Shown one piece after another: positions 30,736-40,757 of a stretch of DNA of 64,000 nucleotides. The stretch is from an uncultured Gammaproteobacteria bacterium. Lineage in GTDB: Bacteria; Patescibacteriota; Patescibacteriia; Patescibacteriales; UBA12465. The notes below the pieces were generated by a model. It saw nothing but the letters and a program-made list of their open reading frames with translations, did not search any database and was not told the origin of the DNA. The stretch spans positions 8,054 to 72,053 of the forward strand of contig CAZIJG010000004.1 in NCBI GenBank assembly GCA_964539545.1. Reading direction: 5' to 3'. A program made the position numbers and the translations under genes. Position 1 is the stretch's first letter. Each line of letters starts with the position of its first letter.

Positions 30736-32136
30736 ATGAGTAGAAAAATCAAATCGAGATTACCAGGAGGCTTTCAGGATTTTGATACCCGAAAGTGCCT
30801 GATTAAAGAAAAAGTCATTGGAATTATAGAATTAGTTTTTAGAAGTTTTGGTTTTAATCCTATTGAGACCCCGTTAGTTGAATTTTATGAGGCTTTGGTG
30901 GGACGAGATGATACTTCAAAAAATCTGTTTCAATTGCGTACTAAAGGAATTGGCGCTGAGGAAACACTGGGTTTAAGATTTGACCATACGGTTCCATTTG
31001 CTAGATTTTTAGCTCTTAATCCCTATAACAAGAAGAAGCAGATAGGCATTTCTTTGCCTTGGAAGCGATCTACTGTAGGGCCAGTTTTTAGAGCTGATAA
31101 ACCACAGCAAGGAAAGTATAGGCAATTTTTTCAGTTTGACATTGATATCGCCGGAACAAGGCTGATGTTAGCTGATGCTGAAATTGTGGCGGTTATGTAT
31201 TGTACTTTAAAAGCTTTATTGAAAGATGAAGAGTTTAAAATTAAGATCAATAACCGTAAAACTTTAAATGGTTTAGCAGAAATGTTAGGCTTTGAGTCCA
31301 AAAGCGAAAAAGCTATGCAAATAATGCGTAGCTTAGATAAAGTAGAAAAAATTGGTTGGTCAGGAGTTAAAGAAGAATTAGCTTTAAAACCAATTGATGA
31401 TTTTGATCCTAGCCCAGGACTAGATGAAAAAAGTCTAGAAATTGTCTATCAGTTTATTACTATATCTGGTAATAATACCGATAAGATCAAGAAAGCCAGA
31501 GAGGTTTTTAAGGGGAATAACTTAGCTCTGCAGGGTATTGAAGAATTAGAACAAATTCTAGCTTACGCCGATAATTTAGGTGTTCCGGTGGAAAACTTAG
31601 TTATCGATTTTTCAGTAGCTCGGGGATTGGGCTATTACACTGGTCCGGTATTTGAAACCGAGATTCCAAGAGCAAAGAGATTTGGTAGTGTATTCTCTGG
31701 TGGTCGATTTGACGACCTAATGCAGAGATTTTCAAACGTTAGTTTGCCAGCAGTAGGAGCTTCTATCGGAGTAGATAGACTTTTGGCTGTTATGGACTAC
31801 TTAAAATTAACAATTGAAACAAAGAATACTGTTTCAGAGGTTATGATCTTGCGTCTAGGTGAAAATCTGGATAGTAAGTACTTAGAAATTCTGAACTGGA
31901 TAAGAGAGACGGGTTTTAATGTCGAATTATCTTTTTTTGGAGACACTACATGGGGTGCTCAATTTAATTATGCTTTATCTAGGTTGCCAGGCTTAAAATA
32001 TTTGGTAATTATGGGTGGAAATGAAATTGAAAAAGGCACTGTACAGATTAAGAATCTTGCTAATAAAAAGCAAGAAGAAATTGCATACAAAGAAATAAAG
32101 AAGTATTTTTTAACATTAAAAACAGAGAAATTGTGA
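30736..32136 (+). CDS. hisS: histidyl-tRNA synthetase (class IIa) with divergent motifs
   Basis: FRADKPQQGKYRQFFQFDIDIAG (motif 2), ARGLGYYTGPVFE, GGRFDDL, GASIGVDRLL (motif 3), C-terminal anticodon-binding-like domain. Confidence 0.8.
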   Translation: MSRKIKSRLPGGFQDFDTRKCLIKEKVIGIIELVFRSFGFNPIETPLVEFYEALVGRDDTSKNLFQLRTKGIGAEETLGLRFDHTVPFARFLALNPYNKKKQIGISLPWKRSTVGPVFRADKPQQGKYRQFFQFDIDIAGTRLMLADAEIVAVMYCTLKALLKDEEFKIKINNRKTLNGLAEMLGFESKSEKAMQIMRSLDKVEKIGWSGVKEELALKPIDDFDPSPGLDEKSLEIVYQFITISGNNTDKIKKAREVFKGNNLALQGIEELEQILAYADNLGVPVENLVIDFSVARGLGYYTGPVFETEIPRAKRFGSVFSGGRFDDLMQRFSNVSLPAVGASIGVDRLLAVMDYLKLTIETKNTVSEVMILRLGENLDSKYLEILNWIRETGFNVELSFFGDTTWGAQFNYALSRLPGLKYLVIMGGNEIEKGTVQIKNLANKKQEEIAYKEIKKYFLTLKTEKL

Positions 32137-33815
32137 AAAAAATTAGAACTATTATTATTGACGGAAAGTCCCTTTCGTTATTAGATGTTATTCTAATAGC
32201 ACGTGGGCAAGAGGATCATCCTGACAGTGATGATAATCATCATCATCATTCCAGCTATCCTACGGTTGAAATAGAAAAAGATGCAAAAAAAGCTTTAAGC
32301 GAATCGCATAACGCTCTAAAGGCGTACATGGATGCTGGTAATATTGTATACGGCGTAAATACTGGTTGTGGCAATCAAAAATCTACGATTATTCCTCCTG
32401 ATCAGATAACTGCATATCAAGCTCACTATATTCCCGCTCATTGTGTGGGAACTGGTGATTATTTTGACGCAGAAGTTACTAGGGCGGCAATGATTCTGAG
32501 AGCTAACTCTTTTTGTCGTGGTAATTCAGGCATCCGTTTGAAAGTAGTAGATAAGATTGTTGAATTGTATAATAAAGGAGTTATCCCTGCTGTTCCTAGT
32601 CAGGGGTCAGTTGGAGCTTCCGGTGACCTATGTCCTTTAGCTCATATGGCAGCAACCATGATGGGGCTTGAAGGCCAAATGGCTTTTTATAAAGGTGAGA
32701 CAATACTAGCTAAAAATGCTTTAGCAGCAGCTGGGATTGAACGATTGGTGTTGGAAGCAAAGGAAGCCATGGGGTTGACCAACGGGTCTACTTTTATTCT
32801 ATCATTGAGTGTTTTAGCTTATTATGATGCGCTAAATCTTTATGAGTATGGTAATTTGATCGCCGCATTAGCAATGGAAGCAGTTAGAGCAGAAAAGAAT
32901 GCTTTTGATCCAAGAGTACATGAATCTAGAGGGCATAAAGGCTCAATTGATGTAGCAAGAATCCTTTTAGAATTAACTGATGGTTCCCTGAGAATGACTG
33001 ATGCAGGTCGAAGGGTGAAATTAGCAGCTGAAACTAAAATTTATCGAGAGGATGAAAATGGAAAAAAGACTGATGAGCCTGTACCGAGAGTGCAGGATAC
33101 TTATTCTTTCCGAGCTCATCCTCAGGTTATGGTAGTTCTTTCTAATGCTTTGGACGCTATGAAAGTGGTCTTAGAGAAAGAAATTAACGCCAGTACCGAT
33201 AACCCATTAGTGTTCAAGAAAGAAGATGGTACATTTGAAACCAGGAGTGGTGGAAACTTTCACGGAGAAATATTAGCCCATTCAGCTGATAATTTAAAGA
33301 ATGCTGTTACAGCAATAGCTAATATCTCAGACAGAAGGTTCTACAACATGTTAGTTCCTGAAGACAGTTATGGTTTACCAGGCGATTTAGCCGGACCGGT
33401 TAATAAAAAATTAAATACCGGTTTGATGATTCTGCAGTACTCTACAGCTGCATTAGTGCATGAGATGAAAATTCTTTGTACCCCATCAGGTGTAGATAGT
33501 ATTCCAACGTCAGCAGGCCAGGAAGACTATGTTTCTATGGGAACAGTTGCCGCTCGACACTTGAGGAGAGTTGTTACGATGGGTAAGAAAGTACTTGCTG
33601 GGGAAATGATGGCCGCTATTCAGGGTATTGCTTTAACCGAGAAAGAGTTAAAAGAATATGCTAGGTTAGGTACTTACACTGGGTATGCTTACGACTTCTT
33701 CTTGGAGAAAGTTGATGAACTTCCTATTAACGAAGACCGAATAATGTTGAGTGTTATTTGGGAAAAAGTTATCCAACTCATGTCAGAAAAAACAATGTAT
33801 GACATTATTGGTTAA
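32133..33815 (+). CDS. hutH: histidine/aromatic amino acid ammonia-lyase (MIO enzyme)
   Basis: GSVGASGDLCPLAHM (Ala-Ser-Gly MIO triad); GTG start overlaps hisS stop (GTGA); His-rich insert DDNHHHHSS near N-terminus. Confidence 0.8.
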   Translation: MKKIRTIIIDGKSLSLLDVILIARGQEDHPDSDDNHHHHSSYPTVEIEKDAKKALSESHNALKAYMDAGNIVYGVNTGCGNQKSTIIPPDQITAYQAHYIPAHCVGTGDYFDAEVTRAAMILRANSFCRGNSGIRLKVVDKIVELYNKGVIPAVPSQGSVGASGDLCPLAHMAATMMGLEGQMAFYKGETILAKNALAAAGIERLVLEAKEAMGLTNGSTFILSLSVLAYYDALNLYEYGNLIAALAMEAVRAEKNAFDPRVHESRGHKGSIDVARILLELTDGSLRMTDAGRRVKLAAETKIYREDENGKKTDEPVPRVQDTYSFRAHPQVMVVLSNALDAMKVVLEKEINASTDNPLVFKKEDGTFETRSGGNFHGEILAHSADNLKNAVTAIANISDRRFYNMLVPEDSYGLPGDLAGPVNKKLNTGLMILQYSTAALVHEMKILCTPSGVDSIPTSAGQEDYVSMGTVAARHLRRVVTMGKKVLAGEMMAAIQGIALTEKELKEYARLGTYTGYAYDFFLEKVDELPINEDRIMLSVIWEKVIQLMSEKTMYDIIG

Positions 33816-33833
33816 CATGATCATTATTAAATT

Positions 33834-33863
33834 AAAAGGCTGTTTTAAAAACAGCCTTTTTTC
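33834..33863 (+). terminator. rho-independent terminator after HAL
   Basis: AAAAGGCTGTTTT/AAAACAGCCTTTT stem plus T run. Confidence 0.85.
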
Positions 33864-33924
33864 TTTTTCTTTAGATGCTGAAATGTGATATAATTAAACT
33901 AGATTAATAAATAATTTAAAATAT

Positions 33925-34572
33925 ATGCCAGTTAAAAAAATAGATAAGATTTCTGCTAAAGTGCTGAAGTATTTGGAGAAAACAGGGATTAAACATGACA
34001 TTTTAGAGCATAAGACAGTTTATACTGCGATTGACGCTGCCAAGACTCTAAAGAAAGAATTAAATGAGATTGCTAAGTCTTTACTGATTAAGGCAGATAA
34101 AGATTATTATTTGGTGTTGTTGCCATCTGATCACAATTTAGATGCTGATAAATTAAAGAAAGTCATTGAGAAGGGTGGAGATAAGCAGGTAAAAAGTATT
34201 AAAATTCCGGGAGAAAAAGTTATGGAAAAGACTTTAAAAATTAAAGCAGGAGCTTTAACTGCTTTTGGCAGCCTATATAATATTCCTGTGATTGTAGATA
34301 AAAAATTAGAAAAGGTTCGGAAAGCTGTGTTTGCCAGTGGTAGTCTGAATCAGAGTGTAGAGATTGCAGTTAAGGATTTTATAAAAATGGAAGATGCTTT
34401 GTTAGACAACTTTGGTATCAAGAAGAAAATTAAGGTAGATAAAAAAGTCAAGATTAAGAAGCCAGTAAAGAAAAGCCCAGCCAAGAAGAAGCCAGTAAAG
34501 AAAGCAGTTTCTAAAAAGAAATCAGCTGCTAAGGCAAAGAAGAAAGTTACTGCAGCTAAGAAGAAGAAATAA
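33925..34572 (+). CDS. YbaK/ProX-type aminoacyl-tRNA deacylase domain fused to Lys/Ala-rich histone H1-like tail
   Basis: N-terminal ~160 aa YbaK-like (HKTVYTAIDAAK...KSLLIKADKDYYLVLLPSD); last ~55 aa KKPVKKSPAKKKPVKKAVSKKK... Confidence 0.65.
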   Translation: MPVKKIDKISAKVLKYLEKTGIKHDILEHKTVYTAIDAAKTLKKELNEIAKSLLIKADKDYYLVLLPSDHNLDADKLKKVIEKGGDKQVKSIKIPGEKVMEKTLKIKAGALTAFGSLYNIPVIVDKKLEKVRKAVFASGSLNQSVEIAVKDFIKMEDALLDNFGIKKKIKVDKKVKIKKPVKKSPAKKKPVKKAVSKKKSAAKAKKKVTAAKKKK

Positions 34573-34574
34573 TT

Positions 34575-35303
34575 ATGATGGAAGTTAAAATAGAAAAATT
34601 TCAAGGTCCTTTAGGGCTGCTTCTACAGTTGATAGAGAAGGATGAATTAGATATCACAGAGATTGGATTATCCGCGATTGCCGATCAATACGTTAACTAT
34701 ATTCAAGATAATTTACAGACGACGCCAGATCAAATGGCGAATTTTTTGTTGGTAGCGGCTAGATTATTGTATATCAAGTCTAAGGCGTTACTACCTTATT
34801 TATATAATGAAGAGGAAGAGACTGAAATCGATGATTTGAAAACTCAGTTGAGGATGTATAAAGAATTTATTCGGGCCAGTGAAAAAGTTAAGGAATTAGC
34901 CAGTGGCAAAAGATTTTTATTTGCTAAGCCATTTCATCCGGGACAAGCTAAGCGACAGTTATTAAAAATTTCTTCCTTCTTATCACCTAAAGATTTGACT
35001 AATAAAGAAATAAAGCAGACATTTCAAGGTATTCTGGATCGTTTAAAACCTCAAATTGAGAAAATGGAAGAAGCTAGGCTGGATTATGTAGTCACTATTG
35101 AGGAAAGGATTAGTCATATTCAAGGTTTGTTAGACAGAGGAACTAATTATAATTTTAGTTCGTTAATTAATCAGGCTGAGAATAAAACAGAAATAATAGT
35201 AAATTTTTTGGCAGTATTAGAATTAGCTAAGCAAAGACAATTAATTTTTAAACAAAGTGGCTTGTTTGGAGAAATAAATATATTTTCATCAAAAAGTATC
35301 TAA
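34575..35303 (+). CDS. scpA: segregation and condensation protein A (kleisin)
   Basis: FQGPLGLLLQLIEKDELDITEIGLSAIADQY N-terminus. Confidence 0.85.
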   Translation: MMEVKIEKFQGPLGLLLQLIEKDELDITEIGLSAIADQYVNYIQDNLQTTPDQMANFLLVAARLLYIKSKALLPYLYNEEEETEIDDLKTQLRMYKEFIRASEKVKELASGKRFLFAKPFHPGQAKRQLLKISSFLSPKDLTNKEIKQTFQGILDRLKPQIEKMEEARLDYVVTIEERISHIQGLLDRGTNYNFSSLINQAENKTEIIVNFLAVLELAKQRQLIFKQSGLFGEINIFSSKSI

Positions 35304-35312
35304 AATATTATT

Positions 35313-35870
35313 ATGAGTTTGAAATCACAAATTGAATCATTATTATTTATCTCAGCTAAATCATTAAATTTAAATGATTTAGTTAAGTTAACTAAAAAAG
35401 ATAAAAAAGAAATTGAAAAGGCTGTTTTAGAATTAAAAGAGGATTATAAAGCGAAAGAGTCTGGCTTACAAATTATTAAGAATAATAGTAACTATCAAAT
35501 GGTTTCAGCGGCCGAAAATGCTAAGCTAGTGCAGAAATTTTTAGAAGATGAAACTTCTGGAGAGTTGTCTCAACCTAGTCTCGAAGCCCTAACTATTATT
35601 GCCTATCGTGGGCCGATCGCTAAGATAGAATTAGAGAGAATTAGGGGCGTAAATTGCAGTTTAATTTTAAGAAATTTGATGTTACGAGGATTAATTGAGG
35701 AAAAAAAATTATCTAGTGGACAGGATAAAGTATATGCTGTAAGCTTAGATTTTATTAGGTTTTTAGGAATCGAAGAGGTGAGCCAATTACCTGATTATGA
35801 GAGACTAAATAAAGATCAAACTATCTCAGATTTTCTGGCTGGTACTTTGAATTCTGACCCAGAAAACTAA
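35313..35870 (+). CDS. scpB: segregation and condensation protein B
   Basis: LSQPSLEALTIIAYRGPIAKIELERIRGV motif; follows scpA. Confidence 0.85.
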   Translation: MSLKSQIESLLFISAKSLNLNDLVKLTKKDKKEIEKAVLELKEDYKAKESGLQIIKNNSNYQMVSAAENAKLVQKFLEDETSGELSQPSLEALTIIAYRGPIAKIELERIRGVNCSLILRNLMLRGLIEEKKLSSGQDKVYAVSLDFIRFLGIEEVSQLPDYERLNKDQTISDFLAGTLNSDPEN

Positions 35871-35879
35871 TTTAAATTT

Positions 35880-36791
35880 ATGGGATTTACTATTACGGCT
35901 ATTCTAATCACGTCAATTTTTACAAACAGCTGGTTTATGCCCAGCTTTTTTTCCTATTTTAACAATGATTTAGAAATTCCTGTCACTACTAAAGAAGTGG
36001 TGGTAAACAGAAGCCAGCTATTGGACAATTATTTTAATAATCCTCAAGAGTTAGATATCTCTGCTGGTAAAGCAGCCATATTAGAAGCAGATAGTAATTA
36101 TTTTTTATATGAAAAAAATAGTCAGTCAGTTCAGCCAATAGCTAGTATTACTAAATTAATGACCGCTCTAGTGACTATAGATTTAAATCCCAATTGGGAT
36201 GAAATATATGAAATTCAAAAGGACGATAGAAGGGAAGGCGGAAAAATTCATCTTTATTGGGGAGACCAAGTTACTATTAATGATTTATTTTATCTAAGTT
36301 TGGTGGGTTCAGCTAATACGGCTACAGCGGCATTAGTTAATTCTTTAGGTGTAACTGAAGAAAATTTTGTTACATTGATGAATAGTAAGGCCAGGCAACT
36401 GGGCTTATTTTCTACCAGCTTTGCTGACCCGGTTGGTTTATCTGAAGATAATTTATCTACCGCTAGAGAAGTAGCTAGATTAACTAAAGAAGCCTTAAAT
36501 CAACCAGAGATACTGGAAGCTCTAGATAATTCTGAATATATAGTGACCACTCAAAAAGGAGCTAAACGAACCATCTCTTCTACGGATCTGTTGATTGACG
36601 AAGATTTGCCTGGAGATTTAACTTTAATTGGTGGCAAAACTGGCTATATTGAATTAGCTGGTTACTGTTTTACTGCTCAATTTAATAATTTAGGACAGCC
36701 TGCTATTATTACCGTAGTCTTGGGTTCGGAAGATGTTTTTAAGCGTTTTCAAGATACGCTAATTTTAGCCAAGTGGGCTTATAGTCTATAA
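35880..36791 (+). CDS. D-alanyl-D-alanine carboxypeptidase (peptidase S11)
   Basis: SxxK active site (ASITKLMT), SANTA (SxN-like) and KTGY (KTG) boxes. Confidence 0.8.
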   Translation: MGFTITAILITSIFTNSWFMPSFFSYFNNDLEIPVTTKEVVVNRSQLLDNYFNNPQELDISAGKAAILEADSNYFLYEKNSQSVQPIASITKLMTALVTIDLNPNWDEIYEIQKDDRREGGKIHLYWGDQVTINDLFYLSLVGSANTATAALVNSLGVTEENFVTLMNSKARQLGLFSTSFADPVGLSEDNLSTAREVARLTKEALNQPEILEALDNSEYIVTTQKGAKRTISSTDLLIDEDLPGDLTLIGGKTGYIELAGYCFTAQFNNLGQPAIITVVLGSEDVFKRFQDTLILAKWAYSL

Positions 36792-36801
36792 CCAAAAAAG
36801 C

Positions 36802-37260
36802 TTGTTTTTTCCACTAAAATACAATAAAATAAAGACTTGGCTACATAATGTCATTCCAGCCTCTAGAAGACTAGAAGAATTGAACTGGCATAAGCTAATA
36901 GTCAAGTATTTGATTGCTGGGTTTCTGTCTACTTTAACCCATTTGTTAGTGTTGCATTTTGTGCACACAGTGTTTTATTTAAACATTATAGCTTCTACTA
37001 CGGTTGCTTTCATTGCGGCGTTTTTAGTAAGTTTTAGTTTACAAAAGTTTTGGACATTTAGAAATCTAAGTAGGAAATATTTACAACAAATTTATCTTTA
37101 TTTGTCCATAGGAATTTTTAATTTATTCGTAAACGGATTGTTGATGGAAATAACTGTTAATTGGTGGGCTTGGCATTATCTTTGGGCTCAGATCGCTACT
37201 TCTGCTTTAATTGCTGTAAGCAGTTTCATATTATATAAATTTATTGTTTTTAAGAAATAA
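36802..37260 (+). CDS. GtrA-family membrane protein
   Basis: 4 TM, KYLIAGFLSTLTHLLV GtrA-like N-terminus; true start may be further downstream. Confidence 0.6.
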   Translation: MFFPLKYNKIKTWLHNVIPASRRLEELNWHKLIVKYLIAGFLSTLTHLLVLHFVHTVFYLNIIASTTVAFIAAFLVSFSLQKFWTFRNLSRKYLQQIYLYLSIGIFNLFVNGLLMEITVNWWAWHYLWAQIATSALIAVSSFILYKFIVFKK

Positions 37261-37261
37261 C

Positions 37262-37678
37262 ATGAAATTAGAAATAAATCGTAGTCAATATAGTATTAAT
37301 CCGGTTCAATTTCTTAGGCAAAATGGTTGGGCGACAATATATGATCGTCGAAGAAATAAAACTAGTTATGTAAAAAGATTGACCAGAGATTTTTATCCGC
37401 GTTTACATCTGTATTTAGATGAATATTCGGAAAAATATGTTTTTAATATTCATTTAGATCAAAAACAAGCTAGTTATCATGGCCATGCGGCCCATAGTGC
37501 AGATTATGAAGATAATCCAGTTCTAGAACAGGAGATAGCCAGATTAAGGCAGGAATTAGGTGAATTTAAAATTACACTTAAAGAGCCAAAAAAAGATATT
37601 TTAGAAAATGTAGGGAATGGCATATTAGGTGCCGAAGCTCAGTCAAGTAAAAAATCTTGGTGGAGAAAAATATTTTAA
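37262..37678 (+). CDS. hypothetical protein
   Basis: ORF with ATG at 37262 just after GtrA stop; no motif recognised. Confidence 0.45.
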   Translation: MKLEINRSQYSINPVQFLRQNGWATIYDRRRNKTSYVKRLTRDFYPRLHLYLDEYSEKYVFNIHLDQKQASYHGHAAHSADYEDNPVLEQEIARLRQELGEFKITLKEPKKDILENVGNGILGAEAQSSKKSWWRKIF

Positions 37679-37684
37679 ATAATT

Positions 37685-39469
37685 ATGAGTCAAAGTGAAG
37701 AAATAAAAAATAAGCTTGATATTGTAGACGTTCTTCGAGATTATATTCAACTGAAGCCAGCTGGAGCTAATTTTAGAGCTCTATGCCCGTTTCATAATGA
37801 AAAGACTCCTTCTTTTATGGTTTCACCAGAGAAGCAGATTTTTCATTGTTTTGGTTGCGGTAAGGGGGGTGATGTTTTCAGCTTTGTAATGGATATGGAA
37901 GGATTAGACTTTGCCGGTGTTTTGAGGTTGTTGGCTCCTAAAGCGGGAGTAGTGTTAAAGAAACAAGATTTTGTTAAAAGTTCTCAGCGCTCTCGACTCT
38001 TAGATTTATTAGATTTAGCTAGTCGGTATTATCATAAATCATTACTAGATACTAGTGGCGGAAAAAAAATGTTAGGATATCTAAAAGACAGAAATTTGAG
38101 TGATGATACTATTGCCGAGTGGCAAATTGGTTATAGTCAGAATAGTTGGGATGATTTGATTAATTTTTTGAAGAATAAGAAATATCGTGAAGATGAAATA
38201 TCTAAAGTTGGTCTAAGTCATAAGAAAGAAGGTAAGAGTCATTATTATAACCGCTTTCGTAATCGAATTATGTTTCCCATTAAAGATATCAATGGCAACA
38301 CAGTAGCTTTTACCGCCAGGGTTAATCCGCAGATTGAAGAGCAAGAAAAAATGGGAAAATATATTAACAGTCCAGAAACAGAACTATATAATAAAAGTAA
38401 GATACTGTTTGGTTTAGATAAGGCTAAAATGGAAATTAAGAAGCAAGATTTGGCTATAGTAGTAGAAGGCCAAATGGATGTTATTGCTTGTCATCAGGCA
38501 GGCTTTACAAATGTAGTAGCTTCTTCTGGCACAGCCTTAACCAATGATCAACTAAAGATTCTAAAAAGATATAGCAATAATATTGCCCTATCCTTCGATA
38601 TGGATAAAGCTGGCCAAATGGCAGCAGATAGAGGTATTAATGAAGCTTTGGGATTGGAAATGAACATTAGAGTCATTGTTTTACCAGAGGGTAAAGATCC
38701 GGCTGATCTAATTGCTAAAAGTTCACAGAGCTTTAGGGAGGCAGTAGAGCAGTCTGTGGTGTTCATGGAATATTGTTTTGATAAAATATTAGAAGAATAT
38801 GATGTCAATGAGGTTGTTGGGAAAAAGCATGCTGCAAAAAAAATTATGGACTTGATTTCTAAGATAGTTAATAAGATCGAACAGGATCACTGGATGAAGC
38901 AGGCTAGCGAAAAACTTAATGTCTCAGAGAATGTTTTTAGAGAATCTTTGACCTCTCTCAAATTATTAGCAGCGGATAGGAAAAAGAAAAACGTTACTCC
39001 GACTATGCCAATTAAAGCAGTTTTGAGCAGAGAAGAGAAGTTGGCTAAGTCAGTTTTAGCCTTGTTATTAAAATTCCCCCAGCTAATTCCTTACGCAGTG
39101 TCTAATTTAGAGGTTCAAGAAGTTTCCGGAGATAAAAATGTTGAGTTTTACAATCAGCTAATTATTTACTATAATAAAGATAATTCCTTAGATTATTCTC
39201 AATTCAGTAACTGGCTAAAAGAGAGTAGCCGAGAAGTTTTTAGTCTTTTGTCCGAGCTGACCTTACTAGGTGAGAAAGATTTCTATAACCTAGAAAGTTC
39301 ACAGGCACAAAAAGAACTTATTAATTTAATTTCTCTGGCCAAATCTCTATTTCGTCAAAGTAGGAAGAAAGATATTGAGAAAGAAATTGCTGTTTTAGAA
39401 AAAGCAGGTAAACGCGACGAAGTTACTAAGTTGCTAGAGGAATTACAAAGGTTATCGGCTCAGATCTAA
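37685..39469 (+). CDS. dnaG: DNA primase
   Basis: Zinc ribbon CPFHNEKTPSF...CFGCG, TOPRIM VVEGQMDV. Confidence 0.93.
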   Translation: MSQSEEIKNKLDIVDVLRDYIQLKPAGANFRALCPFHNEKTPSFMVSPEKQIFHCFGCGKGGDVFSFVMDMEGLDFAGVLRLLAPKAGVVLKKQDFVKSSQRSRLLDLLDLASRYYHKSLLDTSGGKKMLGYLKDRNLSDDTIAEWQIGYSQNSWDDLINFLKNKKYREDEISKVGLSHKKEGKSHYYNRFRNRIMFPIKDINGNTVAFTARVNPQIEEQEKMGKYINSPETELYNKSKILFGLDKAKMEIKKQDLAIVVEGQMDVIACHQAGFTNVVASSGTALTNDQLKILKRYSNNIALSFDMDKAGQMAADRGINEALGLEMNIRVIVLPEGKDPADLIAKSSQSFREAVEQSVVFMEYCFDKILEEYDVNEVVGKKHAAKKIMDLISKIVNKIEQDHWMKQASEKLNVSENVFRESLTSLKLLAADRKKKNVTPTMPIKAVLSREEKLAKSVLALLLKFPQLIPYAVSNLEVQEVSGDKNVEFYNQLIIYYNKDNSLDYSQFSNWLKESSREVFSLLSELTLLGEKDFYNLESSQAQKELINLISLAKSLFRQSRKKDIEKEIAVLEKAGKRDEVTKLLEELQRLSAQI

Positions 39470-39490
39470 GAGTCTAAGTTTTTGCTATTT

Positions 39491-40756
39491 ATGTCCAAAA
39501 CAAAGATTAAAATTAAGAAAAAAAATACTTCGAAAAAGAAAGCTATCAAGAAGAAGGTTGTTATTAAAAAGAAGATCGTTAAGCCAATAAAGAAAGTTTT
39601 TAAGACGGTTACCAAGAAGAAAGCTACAGTTAAAAAGGCAACTAAAAAAATAATTAAAAGAGTTATTACTCAGCCAGACGTAGAAAAGCTGGGCAAGCTA
39701 ATTGTTAAGGGTCGTTCCCGTGGTTTTGTGACTGAGACTGAATTGTTATTCCTATTTCCAGAGATTGAAGAATATGTTTATAATTATGAGATTTTTTTAG
39801 GTGATCTTCAAGATAGCGGTGTTCGTATTATTGAAGATGTTGGTAGTATTCTAGGTCTAGAAGAAAGAGCTAGAGAAGAAAAGGAGTCAAATGGAGAACA
39901 GTTAATTGGTAGTGTGGATATGTCTAAGCTTAGTGAAGACTCTATTCAGATGTATCTGAAAGAAATTGGTAAAGTACCATTATTAACCGCAGATGAAGAA
40001 GTAGAGCTAGCTAAGAGAAAAGAAAAGGGTGAAAGAGAGGCAGAAAAAGGTATTATTGAAGCAAATCTGAGATTGGTAGTTTCAATTGCTAAGAAATTTG
40101 CTGGTGCTAAAGGTTTAAGTCTATTAGATCTTATTCAGGAGGGTAATATTGGCTTATTTAGAGCCGTAGAGAAGTTCGAGTATAGGAAGGGCTATAAATT
40201 TTCTACTTACGCCACCTGGTGGATTAGACAGGCTATTACTAGAGCTCTAGCTGATCAGTCTAGAACCATTCGTATTCCAGTGCATATGGTAGAAACTATT
40301 AATAAGTTTCAACAAGTGCAGAAAAGCTTGATTCAAGAATTAGGCAGAGAGCCCCTACCAGAAGAAATTGCTGCTGAAATGGATGAAGATCTAGATAAGG
40401 TTCGATATATTATTAAAATTTCTCAAGATACTATTTCTCTAGAAACCACTATTGGAGATGATGAAGAAGATTCTACCTTAGAAGACTTTATTGAAGATGT
40501 GAAAAACATTTCCCCCGATAGAGCAGCCGCTTTACAACTATTAAAAGATTATGTAAAAGAAATTATAATCAATCTGTCTCCTCGTGAGCAGAAGATTTTA
40601 GAAATGCGTTTTGGCTTAACCGATGGCGTAGCTCATACCCTGGAAGAAGTAGGACAAGAATTTGATGTTACTAGAGAGAGAATTAGACAGATTGAAGCTA
40701 AGAGTTTGGAGAAGATTAGAAAGCTCAGAGGATTAAATAAACTAAAAGACTACTAA
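39491..40756 (+). CDS. rpoD: RNA polymerase sigma-70 factor with Lys-rich N-terminal region
   Basis: Region 2 ([37 protein letters not shown]) and region 4 ([20 protein letters not shown]). Confidence 0.93.
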   Translation: MSKTKIKIKKKNTSKKKAIKKKVVIKKKIVKPIKKVFKTVTKKKATVKKATKKIIKRVITQPDVEKLGKLIVKGRSRGFVTETELLFLFPEIEEYVYNYEIFLGDLQDSGVRIIEDVGSILGLEERAREEKESNGEQLIGSVDMSKLSEDSIQMYLKEIGKVPLLTADEEVELAKRKEKGEREAEKGIIEANLRLVVSIAKKFAGAKGLSLLDLIQEGNIGLFRAVEKFEYRKGYKFSTYATWWIRQAITRALADQSRTIRIPVHMVETINKFQQVQKSLIQELGREPLPEEIAAEMDEDLDKVRYIIKISQDTISLETTIGDDEEDSTLEDFIEDVKNISPDRAAALQLLKDYVKEIIINLSPREQKILEMRFGLTDGVAHTLEEVGQEFDVTRERIRQIEAKSLEKIRKLRGLNKLKDY

Positions 40757-40757
40757 C

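Noticed and set aside
30736-32136. HisRS paralog HisZ (ATP-PRT regulatory subunit) instead of a true synthetase
   Set aside because: The class II motifs 2 and 3, the histidine-binding ARGLGYY and GGRFD boxes, and a C-terminal anticodon-binding-like domain are all retained, and the gene follows tRNA-His. No hisG is visible. This cannot be excluded without a search.
34350-34604. Minus-strand ORF and apparent tandem repeats in the 34.4-34.6 kb AAG-rich stretch
   Set aside because: The repetitiveness is explained by Lys codon runs in the H1-like tail of the YbaK-like gene; it is not an independent repeat element.
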